64,000 nucleotides of DNA, taken from positions 159,960,001-160,024,000 of the forward strand of contig OZ320313.1 in assembly GCA_976226885.1 (NCBI GenBank), read 5' to 3'. Both the position numbers and the translations under genes were made by a program. The stretch comes from Iphione sp. A-MEVVRFRX5. Lineage: Eukaryota. Under the pieces are notes generated by a model, which was given only the letters and a program-made list of their open reading frames with translations, was not told the origin of the DNA and ran no database searches. This document shows, one piece after another, positions 13,040 through 26,800 of this stretch. The first letter of the stretch is position 1. Every line of letters begins with the position of its first letter.

Positions 13040-14899
13040 GCTTTGACTTTTATGGATCACCAACAATTTTAATTCATTATTTTTAGATTTTATTTAACTT
13101 GGCTGCTTTAGCCGGGCCCGTAACATGGTGTAACATAAGGTATTTCTACACATCTTCAGCAAGCATTTACAGATAGTACACCTTGTTCTACTCGGTGATG
13201 GGTTGTTATCATACCTTTTCATACACTCTGGTTCTGATAATGTCGAGAAGTTTTGTTCTGTTTCACATGTTTCCATTTTGTCATGAGAGGGTTAGTAGTA
13301 TAGGAGGTGCACGTTTTATTTTCCTGTTTAGTACAAGTGTTACCCTTGGTAGTTAGTATTTTTTCGGATAGTGTATTTAGGCAGAGCTGATAATTTCTCA
13401 GTTCTGTGGCTTAAGGATGGAAAAAGGAAGTTTATAGCTTTCAGCCTACTTTCTAGTTCCTTTTGATCAGTCTGTCAAAAAGCAACCTTTAAATTTTATC
13501 ATTAAATCTATTTTTTCAGTGCATAGAAAGTCTTTATTTAGCTTATTCCAACACAATACTACTCTATATTCAGGATTAGATCTGTGCAGTGCAAACATTA
13601 GTGTTCTGCTCCTTAAGTTGGGAAGCTTAATTTAGACTTAACTTTAATTGAATTACACAGTGGTAGACATATAAGTGTGAGGTAAGAATGAATTCACCTT
13701 TTAATTATAGTGGTAGCGTATTGATGGTTTGCAGTGGTAATGTTGCGATAAATGATAGTTTTCAGTCATTAGTAATGCAGCTTTCGTCGGTTGATTTGTT
13801 AGTTTCATGAAAACATTGTTTGGTGATTAGTTTATATCCCTAGGCCATAATCCATAATTGGTAAATGTGCTCTCTGCACCAATATCCCAAATTCACTTCT
13901 TGCTGATTTTACAACATGTCTTTGTCTATTAAGGGATAAGCTTTGGCGAATCTTGTTCAGTGGTTCACTCTTTAGCGTTAGCTGGCAGTTAAGATAAAAC
14001 GCTTAATATTTGAAGAAGGTAAGTTGGTCATTACTGAAGCCATCTATTTTCTCTTGGAGGGTAGCATTTGTGTATTTACTTCTGGTTTAATAGATACCTT
14101 TGATTCTGTTTTTTTGACAATTTATTCTTATGCTATTTTGAATTTAATTTGAATATTATTGAGATGTCTGTTAAAGGACGGAGTTTTTAATGTACAATAA
14201 ATTATGTTATGTAAAAAAGCATAACGTGCAGCATATAGAGACGGGAATAGTTATCAACCACTGCTTAAATACAATACAAAATAGTCAGTACAAACAATAT
14301 TAAAACCCGGTGTAACACGGCAGTGTAACAACTGGTACTAAATCATGATCACATGACAAGGAGGGTGCCACAGAATTTCAAAACTACATACATGTAGCAG
14401 CAGTGAGTGTACATTCCATAGCATCACTTAAGGCATGTAACATACCTCACAGGCTCATTAAGCACTGGTTTCTTGCAGAGTATAAACATCAGCAAAAAGA
14501 CAAGTCTCTGAGTGTAGGATCAGTAATATGGTATCCTGTGAACGTTGAGTGACACTGTATGAATGTGATTTACAAATAATACCAGCGCAAAACGTAATGC
14601 ACCAACAAACCATCTGGAATAAAAGTGACACCCCCTGCTCCACATTTTAGCCCAATAACAATTATGTGAAAGATACAAGGTCATGAAGCATAGCCTTTGT
14701 AAGATGAGCCTCATCGGTTTGATGAGCAGTATAGACATCATTCAAATTTCAGATTTTGATTAACAGAAGTTACATCCTGGCTGATTCATAATTGATAGAA
14801 AAGATCACAGACATCATATTACATTTGAGGTATTTAGCCCAGTTGCACGATTGATACAAGATACCATGGTAAAATGTTGATGAGTTGATGATATCGCAA

Positions 14900-16560
14900 G
14901 CGATAAACATCAGTAAATATCATACATAATTTGAAGTAACTTCACAAATCATGGTCTCTTGGTTACTACCTACGAGTGCTAGGAAAAATAATTATTACAC
15001 CAGTTATGAAGAATGAGAAGATCTGCATTTGGTTTTTGAGTTACCCACATTGGTGTTTTTCTGGGTCAACGTAGGACTTTTTTCCTGCAAACACTGGGCA
15101 TGTGCGATTATTATAAATGTTTATAGAGAATTTATAAAGAGTTAGAGAAAAGCGGGCCCGAATCCACTGCCTTGGAGAAAATCTGCTACTAAATTGGTAT
15201 AACTCATGTACTCTGCTTTGACTTTGGTCCTGACTTCTCTGTTCTGTGTGTATGATTGAACTAGTCCAGACCTGTAGAGAAATTTTTTTCCAACTTTCTA
15301 ATAATGATATCGTCTTGGACATAGTCCAAGGATTTTGAATAATCAATAAATGCTCTACCCACAACTTTGTTGACGATTTTGTGCCCTAAATTGAATATTG
15401 CATTGATGGCTGATTTTGCTGAAGCCATATTGTCTAAGGGAGAGAATATTTCTGTTGCATACGTGAGTAAACATGTAATGCCAATCTTTGAATTTATTGA
15501 GTGGTTTACAGCGCCAAGATTGTCACGTTATACATAATTTCATTAACCGAATCTATCTGCCAGTGCTCTTTTACCAGTGGGTCATAAATGAAATGATTGC
15601 TTTCTAATATTTTTGGGCTTATCCTTATAATCATGGATCACTGTCTGGTGGTATTCACTTTTGTCTAAATAGAATTTCTATCAAATATTCTGATAAAGGT
15701 TCCTGGCATACTTCACATGTATATTGCAGCCTAATTGAACAATATTCCTGCACATTATGTTTCTTTCTCTGATCAGTTTAGTAGAACACTTTGATATCCA
15801 GGGATTCCTTTCGTTTAGTTATTGTAAGTTTTTTTAGGACTGAGTATGCCAAACACATCTTCACATCTAGAACTAGGAATTGTCCACAGGTAGTCCAGGT
15901 CTCGTATAGTATGGAAATGAGACCAGTCTGGACCTCTTACATAGGTGCATGCTTGTCTTTGTGTACGTCCTAATCCATCTTTTAGAGCTTATGGAGTGAG
16001 TACAAGCCAAGGGTGTTACGACTTCCAGGTCAGCCCTGAGTATTTGGTGAACTGGTATCTGGATTTCTTTCAGATTTGATATTAATTTCAATATCTTTTC
16101 ACGCCGAATCAGGTCTATACAAGTCACAGTGGAATGAGTTTTACTTGTTGGGACATTTATCGATTGGGCAAAGTAATCATTGTAGATAAGGTATTTTCAA
16201 TCCTTCACATGTGGCTCACTTGAATTTAAACAGTTATTATTAAAGTCTCCCATAATGATGTTATTCGGTTGTATTGGTGTAAGCTTTCATTGCACGTCGC
16301 GTTCCAGCAACTATCTTTGCTCATGCGGGGACCAGCTGCACTGCATAACCTGTAGATATACTAAAGAAGGATGAAAGGGAACAGCCAAAGAGTCTGAATT
16401 TGAACTGATGTCAATATTCCGTACTACAATGACCTTCTCATCCACGGAATCATGTATAGAGAACATAAATCCCGTTCCGCTGTTGCAGTTCTTTTTTCTG
16501 TCACACTCCTCTGAATAATATCGACTTCCAGCGTGCGTCGATCTTAAGACCTAGTATGCA
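14900..16560 (-). mobile_element. Degenerate CR1/L2-type LINE (APE and RT relic)
   Basis: Minus-strand motifs in the correct order, with stops and frameshifts: NNIIMGDFN (16239-16265), QSINVPT..TCIDL, QYGF (~15435), AFIDYSKSLDYVQDDIIIRKL (15300-15356), LQGSGFGP..LFINSL (~15130-15178). Ends are approximate. Confidence 0.85.
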
Positions 16561-17164
16561 GTTTGTATGCAATTAATCCACGCTCTTCTCTGTAGGATCG
16601 TGGTGCTGTCTAACATACTACCTGTCGAAATGGAACCATATTCAGTTTCTGATTAAATCACACATCACATGTAATCTCGGTTCATGCAAGCACAACAGCG
16701 AGGTGGTACAAAGTATGAGGATGTTTTCAAGAACCTTTCTGATAGCGTATTTGAAAGGCTGCCTCTGTCGTGCCGATAGGGAGCAGCGGCAGCCACTTTG
16801 CACCAAGTCTAAGGAAGAATTTGAGATCTTTTTTTTGTAATGCATTGTTGATCGCCTCCCGTACACTATACGGAGCAGGAATACACCCCACGTTTTTATT
16901 CTGTTTTCTTCGGGTGTATAGCCAAGAATTCGGCAGATCAATGCTTGGAATCTACATTCGTTTTCTTTTTTCAAATTCCGACGTCCGTGGGTCTTTTGCT
17001 GTTTTCCCGATTCCCCAAAGTGCTTCCCATCGGAAACCAGACAGATTTTAATTTTAGATATAAAGGGTTAAACAATGGTCTCTAAAGGGAAGTCAAGGCG
17101 CCATGTACTTACAAGGCGCGTGGCAGCCCTGTTGTTGGTGGCGTGGTGCTGGAAGAAGGCGAGA

Positions 17165-17263
17165 CGATAGACGAAACGGCTGCTTGCATTTTCCTCCTCT
17201 ATTGGGCGGGTAGACACGTCCTGCAGTTATTGTCTCTAGACATCTGCCACCCCGCCTTTTGTG
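17165..17263 (-). mobile_element. YR C-terminal relic
   Basis: HKRRGGRCLETITAGRVYPPNRGGKCKQPFRLS versus consensus HSFRRGGAT.AF.AGVPP..I..GDWKS.AFRLY. Confidence 0.5.
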
Positions 17264-19445
17264 TAAACAACGTGGTGGCATTTTTGTCGGCCTGGTATTC
17301 TGTCGGCTTCTTGCCGTCTTTGTCCACGCCTGGATTGAGTTATGAGCGATCTCCCGCTGCTTTAAGTGAGATGTTGCATCAATTTCAATCCGTACTGCAT
17401 TTAAGCTGCTGTCTTGTGTGACGCCCCGTAATGGGATGTATTTTACGTCTTGATTGAATAATTCTAACAAATGTTTCCATTTAAATGTGACTAAAGCAGG
17501 ACCCCCATTCTTTAAGGGCATTAGTCAACTAATGGACAAACTGTTTGGCCATGCATAATTGCACCGCTCTATCATACTTGGGTTTAGCATCAAAAGTGGA
17601 ATTTAGTAATCGTCACCAACACTTCACTAGCGACTTCAGTCGTGACTAAAAGCCAAAGGTATGCCATTCAAGCTAGTCATGTCATGAGCATATAACGTAG
17701 AGTGTTGACATGGTGGCTTTCTACACCTGTTGTCCTTTTACAACTATTTTTGTGACCTTCCTCTTGCATTCACCGTTTTCTTCGTATGACGACCCCCTTT
17801 CTGTTTCATCACCGTATTCATCCAACCTCACTCCACTTGCCGTGCTTCCAAGCCGTCGAGCATTGCATGAAAAGCTGCTGGCAATTTGACATGAGTCGTC
17901 CCTGGGTTGTCATTGACAGTCTCGGTTGACAGACATTTGTCAAGTACATGCCGCCGTCAGTGGTGACATTTTATGACTGACGCATTCACTTGACGCCGTC
18001 ACAGGCTGGATAAAATTACGCCAAGCTGGCAGTGCGCAAGGAGATAGGGGCGTTGCTATGAAAGCGTGGATCTGACCGTGAAAGAGGAGAAGGTTAGACA
18101 AACGTGTGTTAGTATTTTTTCCCAGAGTACAGCCCAAGGTTCTTTGTTACAGAATGATCAACGACTCTCTTTTCCAAACCGCTCCGTTGCGTCAAATATC
18201 AAAGTGATATTTTGTGCCAAATCGACCGTCTCAAGGTCAGGTATTTTAAGTTGTACAAGTGTAGTTCAATCTAGATATACTTTATTTCAATCTAGATATA
18301 ACTGTATTTCAGGTTTATTTAAAGACAAAGAAAAGGCTCTGCTGATTAGAAATACTAGTATGAAAGCAGGATCATGAGCGAAAGATCAACTGGCGATGTG
18401 CAATCATCGATTAGAACTCGGAGTCGTTAAGATGTACTGATAGGTTGATTTGTGGCAGCGGGAGAGGTATTTAGGTTCTTTATAGTTCTGCTCGATATCC
18501 TCTTTTTCATCTCTGGTGTCGTCTAGAGAGCCATGTATACTTTACATGGTTGTGGCATTCTGATAAAGATATTATAATCGATATCAGATTGTTGAAGGCA
18601 GAGGTTTGTAGTTTGATACTTTCTCACCATAAGCAACTATAAATGGCGTAAACGATGTGCAACCATAGATGATTCTGCAGGAACTGTGACATGTATTCAT
18701 TCCTGTGAAAACTGTTTTTTTTTGTATTTGGACATCGAGCCTGCTAACTATGAAGCCACTTTGCACTGACAAGTGCTGACATGGCTTCAGATTCTAGAGA
18801 AGAACTTTCTTGTCTGCTTGTATTTCGTTAATGCCTAACACAATATACTTGTTGCCAGCACCTGATTATTTTCGCCTCTAATTCCCACCCAGACAGCAGA
18901 ACGTCCACGGTGGCTGTCCCACTAGATGGGCAAGTTCACTTCTAGAGTGGCCACCGATGCAACCGCGATATGATGGACGATCGACCCACCATGTCCTAAT
19001 GGAGGCCATCGACCGGAGGTGCGTAGAGGGCCAATTATAAACATGGCCCTCGTTTTATGCTAGCCACGACCTCCAGCCGGCGGCAATTAGATTCATTTAG
19101 TGTGCTCCTGTCCTCAAGTGGCCGTCGTGCCGTATCAACTTATGGATTGAGTCCGATGGTGAGTGGCGCCGACCTTACCTTAGCGCAGTCAAGCCCCACC
19201 TTGGCAACAAGAGGTGCTGCGTGGTTGGAAGAGCAGGATGCTGGGGTGTAGGGAGGAGGGGTTGTTGGGGGGGAGCGGTAGTGGGAGGAGGCTTGAGGTA
19301 GTGAGTGGGAGGGACGGTGAAAACCGTTCTACCGGAGGTAGAACTCCTGCCTGCAAAACCCACGCTAGAGGGCGTGACGACCGCCGGGCTCGGTTTTGGC
19401 TTGGAGCGGGGGAGGGGGGAAGGTGGGGAGGGGGGGGGCGGCCGG

Positions 19446-19544
19446 TTCCTGCCGCTCGGCATTTGACCAGCGCCCGACACCGACTGCTATTGATTGCGCT
19501 TGATCGGAATCGTGGTTTTATTGTCGGCATAATTCATGCGAGGA
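19446..19544 (-). mobile_element. YR C-terminal relic followed by a C-rich tract
   Basis: SSHELCRQ*NHDSDQAQSIAVGVGRWSNAERQE. On this strand a long C-rich tract (19245-19445) follows. Confidence 0.5.
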
Positions 19545-20689
19545 GGACCCCAATTCGGGATAATAGCAGCGGGGCGCGCCCGTGCCACTCGGGATTCCAG
19601 GCAACACACATCACGACGGTGAAGCCACGCGTGACGCGGAAAATATCAATATCAGCGCGGCGCGAACGGCGGGCTGGAGGCAAGCAATGTAACACACTCG
19701 CAGCCAGTTGGTTTTATAGGACCACATGGACGGCCTCACAAATGAACTGCACACTCTTTATAAAAATTTATCCCGTGCCCTTGCATATCATAACCCCGTG
19801 GATGTATAAGATGAGCAGATTTTTTTTTGTATTAAGGGGGAATAACTCTCAGTACGTCTTTCCATTTGTATATATATATTCCCAACGAATGCTCTCCCTC
19901 TTCCTCGATTATAAAAATCTTCCGATACTCTCTACCAAGGCGGACCGTTTGGCCTGTCTCTAGGTAAAAATCAATGGCTTGTTAGTATGGGCCTCAGTGG
20001 GTCCAATCTACCTTTTCCGCTGTAAAGAGCAAACTTTCAGAGGCAAAGCAGAGGACACTTTTTTTCAACAACTCACACATCGTGTTATTAGATTTTTCAG
20101 TGGAACACGCGATGTTATCCGATACCTAGCACAGCTAGGTGTTAGCCAACAGATCGATATCATTAGCATGTGTTCGAGATGTTATCTCTCCCCCTCCCCC
20201 CTAAGTAGTTACTTTCGTGATTACAGTGAGTAGTAAATTCGGTTGTAGGAGATGTGAGAGAAGGTCATGTGAACCGCGCTATTCTATTCGTCAACGCCCA
20301 AAGGCCTAGCAACAAGTGCATTTCGCAGCGTTTCCAAACAAAGATGCGACAGATCCGTTCGCTGTGACCAACACAATAAGAAGCTGGCGGAAGACATACA
20401 ATAGCTAGGATCAGAAATAGACGGCCAAGAACAGTTCATGGCGTTCTGTCACTCATATGGTTGCCGTATTAGAGATCGGTTCAAAAGAATGATTAGAAAT
20501 TCTTCCTGATAAACGAAACGTTATATGTACCTATGGATAACAAAACTTCATCACCGATGTAAACGGAAAGAGGTAATTTCGGTAGCAACAGGGAGCCCTG
20601 ATCATTACACAATGATGTCTGTGTTAATATCGGTTAGATAAAGACATAAACCGGAGTCTGCATATTGAAGGATTCAATGGACTTTGTTA

Positions 20690-21117
20690 TCGAAGAAGTC
20701 GGCCAACAATTAAGTCGCATCAGGAAAGGGTGTGTTGTATATGGGTTGATTTCTCGTTTGTGTAGAAGGGGACTGATTGATGATTAAGAAAGCAATTTGT
20801 CCTTGAGTTTTGTAATCAGATATCTTACGTAAACAATGATTCATTTTTATCTGCCGGGTGACACGACCCCACTGACACTGTTGCGTTATATGTGTGCGCC
20901 CATTCAAGTACGGGTACCGAGATCCAGGCTCCTCCAGATGCACTTGTTCTGTTCAAGCCGATATTTCTGCGATAATTGCAAGGCAGATGTAATATATCAC
21001 CCACCAAACATTCTCTCCAAGTGGTCAGCCGTTGCCCGCCGCTGTCCCTTACGTATTTGTGGGGTCCTCGCCACCGAAGCTAAAGCTAGCAACATCAACC
21101 CTTCGTATGAACATGTA
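20690..21117 (+). mobile_element. YR catalytic-domain relic
   Basis: KKSANN*..GKGV (~SKTDQ..KG), TPLTLLRY (~CPV.AL..Y), CPLRICGVLATEAKASNINPS (~HSLRIGGATEAAASGI), then a C-rich tract. Confidence 0.6.
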
Positions 21118-22280
21118 ACCACCCCCACCCCCCCACCCCCACTAAGCCTTTCCTCCCGACTGCTTTCTATAAATATCCCTGAGGGTCTCCATCGTGACCA
21201 ACTGGTGCTTAGGGAGCCCCACCGGATCCGGCGGCATTATGAAATAAAATGACATGTTTTTTCTCAACCAACGACTCTAAAGGGAACGGGCTGGGATGTG
21301 TCGTTATAATTCGACAATGGGGCAGACTGCACTTTTTTTGTCAAAAGAAAACTTCTCAATTAGATTATGCGTAGACTAGACGTGATAACAAAAAATAAAC
21401 GCCCGCCGACTAAAATACCCTTCAAAAGTATACAGTCGCTCTACTGCTTATTAAATACCAGCTGGGAATTTGCCTCAATGAATCAAAATTACCCGAGCAC
21501 TTGTTCTGAGAAAGTTAGATTTAATCAACCTACTCCCTCCCAGCCCGACAATTGATCGCAAATCTTCCTCGAATGACGCACATTGCCAGGCGGCAGCAGG
21601 AAAAAGGCCACCGCTTGCCAGATTCCAGATTTGCTCTTCTTTGAATTGCCTTCGGAAGAATTAGAAATCCATTAAGGACATCGACTGGAACTGTCTGGGG
21701 TGCTTGCCGGACTTCGAGAGCCAATGGACAATACAAGGTTGGTAGTAGGTGAGTGACACTGATTCAGATAACATAGAGATATGCCAGACACGGCGCGGAG
21801 ATAAGCCTCACGGGAATGTATAATAAAGCCCCCTTAGGTTGCCCGCTTATCGGACGCAGTCAGATAGGTGCTAGTCGACCGCGTCGGTTGAATGGCTTCG
21901 GCAGGACAAATGGAAGGGAGGGAGAGGAGAGGATTTGGAATGGGGAAGGTGTTGTGGAGGTAGAGCGTGATGGGGAAGCTGAGGAGAAGCCATCATTACC
22001 GCCGAGTGCAATCACAAGCTCGGCCATCTTGCCCACATGCTCACAAGAGGTGGTTTCTCATAGCAGCTACGAGGGGCCGGAAGGGGGGGGGGGGCTGGGA
22101 GGGGTTCGGAGGGGAGGGTGAATGTGGACAAGGCAGCGCCAGAGTCGCAGATACAAATGTCAGCCGCATGCAAATGCATTCATCAAATACCCTCTTTTTT
22201 TGTGATGAGACTTAAATCTAGGTGTAATCTGCATCTAGCCACGGGCCAACGGTGGCCACACCAATGGTCTGCGGTCCGGA

Positions 22281-22388
22281 AAAGCCGTCGTTTTCATTTC
22301 CCCTCTGTGTTCTCCAGCGAGTGTTCATACCCCTACAGTCGACGGAGGCTGCACCGCGAAATGAATGGCCTGTGATGCTCGATCCTAG
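22281..22388 (-). mobile_element. YR C-terminal relic (best match to consensus)
   Basis: LGSSITGHSFRGAASVDCRGMNTRWRTQRGNENDGF carries a near-exact GHSFR.GAAS motif. A C-rich tract follows on this strand. Confidence 0.75.
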
Positions 22389-23229
22389 ATCTGATGGCAC
22401 GCTCATCCCAAGGCTATCACGGCCGGCGGCGGCATATTTTGTGCCGACGATTATTATTCAACATGTCGACACTCCAGCATCCAGCAGCTGCCCATTCTAG
22501 CAAATATACCAGACCGTTTTCCCCTCCCCCTTCTTCCTCATGGAGCACAGTACATCCCCCCATTTCCACCCGGCCCCCACCATCGGACTGAACCTCATTG
22601 TTTTGACACGGCCAGTTATTTTCTTTTACACAAGAGGCACTGCCAGATCGACAAGGTACGGTCGGATGAGCTGAGGCCGAAGATAAATCGGCGAGCTATT
22701 ACTGGGGCCGACCGTCTCCGGCGAGCCACATATTCGGACTTACCAGGAGTGCCGCTGGGGCCCGACGAGGATTAGCTTTGTTTTGTCCGATCCATCAAAT
22801 CCTGCCCCCGTCCGTCCTTCGGCCTACTCCCCCCCCCCACGCTAGCTTCCGATAGGGACGGGGATAGGTTGGTTACACAATGAGGAGCCGAGGACTTAAG
22901 AAGAACAAGTAATTATTCATTAGGAAAATAATCATTATGTCCTTTGCATACTTTGTACATGTGTATAATGTATAACGGGCAAAAAAAGTGGATCTCTAGA
23001 CACCCTCACAAAAACATCGTCCTGGAAATCTCGGAACTATGTCTTCCTAATCTGACAACTATGAACTATTGAGTATCTGCGGTTTATCTGACGATACTGC
23101 TCTGATATTAAGAAGTACGTGCACTCTACCCATAACACAACTTCGTGCATATACCCTGTGATATTTAATGGTGCAGTGACAGGACTGTCGATTCGTATCA
23201 ATGATGAAAGTATACAGCCTTCACATATA

Positions 23230-23406
23230 CAGTCGAGACCCTATTTACAACCACATCGATTGATAACCATATCCCATTTCAGACCATTTAAGATGGGAAC
23301 AAAAAGCATGATTTCTATAAGAATTCTTATCGATTTACGACCAAATTTGCCATTATAACCACTTTTGCCTGGTCCGGAGTGATGGTCGTAAACAGGGTTT
23401 CAAGTG
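23230..23406. mobile_element. Diverged, inverted copy of the 6072-6250 MITE family
   Basis: Shares ACCACATCGATT and TTTACGACCAAATTTGCCATTA with the reverse complement of the first copy. Degenerate CAGT... TIRs and TA flanks. Confidence 0.8.
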
Positions 23407-23873
23407 TACATGTATATGTAAACATACACCAATCCATAAGAGTTTCGTTCGCGCATTACGAAAATTGGCGAATATACTATTTTATGAACATCATATTGTC
23501 TGTCAATATTAATTCAAAATCCCCTTGCGATGAGTTTCTGATGTAGGAAACTGTACATGTAGGTGTATATAGATGGCATCGTAAGAATACGATCAAAATA
23601 TGTACATGTATGTATAATATGTAAAGCGTTGACGATTAGTAACTCATGTGAATGACATATTTCGCACATGTAATATCCTAAACTCTATGATATGGCCAAT
23701 GTACCTTCCTACACAAACAACTTGTACTGCCAAAAGAAACGAATTATTGTATGACCTGGGTGACACAAATAGTGTCAGAAGAATTTTCGAAGCTGTCAGC
23801 TGCTAGGGTAGAGTTACTAGCCTGACCGCACCTCCCTTTAGTCACACTGGCCTGGGGTTTCCCTGCCAATTTA

Positions 23874-26800
23874 ATGCTAACTATATCCTGGAATGTTAGG
23901 ACTATGTGTCCTGGCCTCTCTGACGACCTGCAACAAATTGATGATATGAGGAAAACAGCCATCATCAACCATGAGCTCAAGAGGCTCAACATCGACATTG
24001 CCGCCCTGCAAGAGACCAGGCTACCAGCAAAGGGCAGCATCAGAGAACAGGACTACACATTCTACTGGCAAGGAAAGGATCCAGAGGAGGCCTGCATACA
24101 CGGTGTTGGATTCGCAGTGAGGAATACCCTGCTGTCTGCAGTTGAACCACCATCCGGAGGATCAGCAAGAATCATCTCCCTCCACCTCTCCAGCTCACCA
24201 GGCCCTGTGAACATCCTGAGCGTATATGCTCCTACACTCTGCTCCAGCACTGAGGCAAAGGATGAATTCTATGAGGAACTGGAAGCTACCATCAAAGAAA
24301 TCCCAACAACAGAATGTCTGTACTTGCTTGGGGACTTCAATGCCAGGATTGGTACTGACCATGTCTCTTGGCCCCGCTGTATTGGCCACTTTGGCACTGG
24401 TAAGCAAAATGAAAATGGACAGAGACTACTGGAACTATGCTCATATCATGATCTGTGCATCACAAACACCTTCTTCCAGACAAAGCCCATCCATAGAGTG
24501 TCCTGGCATCACCCCAGATCCCACCACTGGCACCAGCTGGACCTCGTCATCACCAGGAGGAGCTCACTGAGCTCCGTACATATAACCCGCAGCTACCACA
24601 GCTCCGACTGTGACACTGATCACTCACTGGTTGGGGCAAGAGTGCGCCTACAACCAAAGCGGATCCACACCTCTAAGCCTAAAGGACAGCCGCGTATCAA
24701 CACTGCCATGATCTCTGCACCAGATCTCCAAGCAAATTTTGCAAAGTCCATCCAAGAGGCTCTCAAGGATTGCCCAACCAGCAATGCAGAGGACAGATGG
24801 GGGCACATCCGAGAGGCTATCTACAACTCTGCCATAAACACCTTTGGTAAGCAGGAGAGGAGGAACCCAGACTGGTTCGAGACAGGGATTGCAAAACTTG
24901 AGCCAGCTATTGCAGCAAAACGCACAGCACTATTAGGCTATAAGAGAGAACCTTCAAAGAAAACACTAACCACACTCAGAATGGCCAGAAACAACACCCA
25001 GAGGATTGCTCGGAAATGTGCAAACGACTACTGGCTGAACCTGTGCCAGAACATCCAACTATCTGCTGATTGTGGGAATGTGCATGCCATGTATGAGGGC
25101 ATGAAAAAAGCATTTGGCCCAAGTGTCACCAAGATTGCACCTCTAAAGTCTGCCTCTGGGGAGATCATAACAGACCGTAGCCGGCAGATGGAGAGATGGG
25201 CAGAACACTATCAGCAGCTGTACTCGCGGGAAAATGTTGTCACTGACTCAGCAGTTGAGCATATCCAACCCCTGCCAAACATGGAAGAACTCGATAATCC
25301 ACCCTCCATGCAGGAACTCAGAAAGGCAATTGACACCCTAGCCTGTGGTAAAGCACCAGGAAGCGATGGCATTCCACCTGAGATCATCATAGCTGGGAAG
25401 AAAACTGAGCTCCTCCACCACCTACATGAGCTCTTACTACAGTGTTGGGAGGAAGGAACAGTTCCACAGGACATGCGAGATGCAAATATCACAACACTTT
25501 ATAAGAACAAAGGAGATCGCAGTGATTGCAACAATTACCGTGGGATCTCCCTTCTTAGCATCGTCGGCAAGGTTTTTGCCCGTGTAGTCCTGAACAGACT
25601 CCATTCACTTGCAGAACGCATCTACCCTGAAGCACAGTGTGGTTTTAGAGCGGGAAGATCAACAGTCGACATGATTTTCTCACTGAGGCAGCTGCAGGAG
25701 AAGTGCCGTGAACAGAAACAACCGCTCTACATTGCCTTCATAGACCTGACTAAGGCATTTGACTTGGTCAGCAGAAGTGGCCTCTTCACCCTACTCCACA
25801 GGATAGGATGCCCCAGCAAGCTCCTTAAAATGATCATCTCCTTCCATGAAGACATGAGAGGCACCGTCCGGTACAACGGATCATCATCAGAGCCCTTCCC
25901 GATCCGTAGTGGTGTGAAACAAGGATGTGTCCTTGCTCCAACACTCTTTGGCATCTTCTTCTCCCTGCTCCTGCAGTATGCCTTCGACCAGTCTGAAGAT
26001 CGCATCTACATCCACACAAGAAGCAATGGAAGTCTTTTCAACCTTGCCCGCCTCCGTGCAAAGACCAAGGTGCGCAGGGTTCTTCTGAGGGAAATGCTGT
26101 TTGCAGACGATGCTGCCTTGACTGCATACACTGAGGATGCACTACAACGTCTTGTTACCTGCCTGGCACATGCAAGTGATGAATTTGGCCTAACCATCAG
26201 CATCAAGAAGACCAACATCTTGGGTCAAGATGTCAGCAGTACCCCATGCATATCCATCGGAGCACACACCCTTGAGGTGGTAGAGGACTTCACCTACCTT
26301 GGCTCCACGATCTCCAGCAACCTCTCCCTGGACCCTGAGCTAAACATCCGGATTGGCAAGGCAGCAACAGCAATGGCGCGCCTGACAAAGAGAGTCTGGA
26401 ACAACTCTATGCTGACCATGAATACAAAAATGAAAGTATACCAGGCCTGCGTTTTGAGCACTTTGCTCTACGGTAGTGAAACATGGTCCTTATACTCTCG
26501 CCAAGAGCATAGGCTCAACGCTTTTCATCTGCGCTGTCTAAGGAGGATTTTGGGCATCACCTGGCAGGACCATATCCCGAACAAGGATGTGCTCACAAAA
26601 GCAAAAATACCAAGCATGCATGCCCTTCTCTTGCAGAGACGTCTACGTTGGCTTGGTCATGTCATACGTATGCAAGATGGCCGAATCCCCAAGGACATCT
26701 TGTATAGCGAGCTTGCCCATGGCTCAAGGCCCACTGGCAGGCCAGCCCTGCAATTCAAGGATGTCTCCAAGCGTGATCTGAAGGCGGGAAACATCCACCC

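Noticed and set aside
13100-14150. Possible very old LINE endonuclease fragment (minus strand)
   Set aside because: Only faint GDF-like and PTR..DLIL-like traces across several frameshifts.
17440-17521. FKWKHLLELFNQD, resembling P-element/THAP9 transposase
   Set aside because: Isolated short match with no neighbouring transposase motifs.
10301-19735. Shared TATAGGACCA word at 10302 and 19715 in two GC-rich islands
   Set aside because: Many 10-bp matches are expected by chance in 64 kb, and the flanks do not align.
19214-19963. 249-aa ORF
   Set aside because: Low-complexity Gly/Arg translation of a G-rich tract; no recognisable domain.
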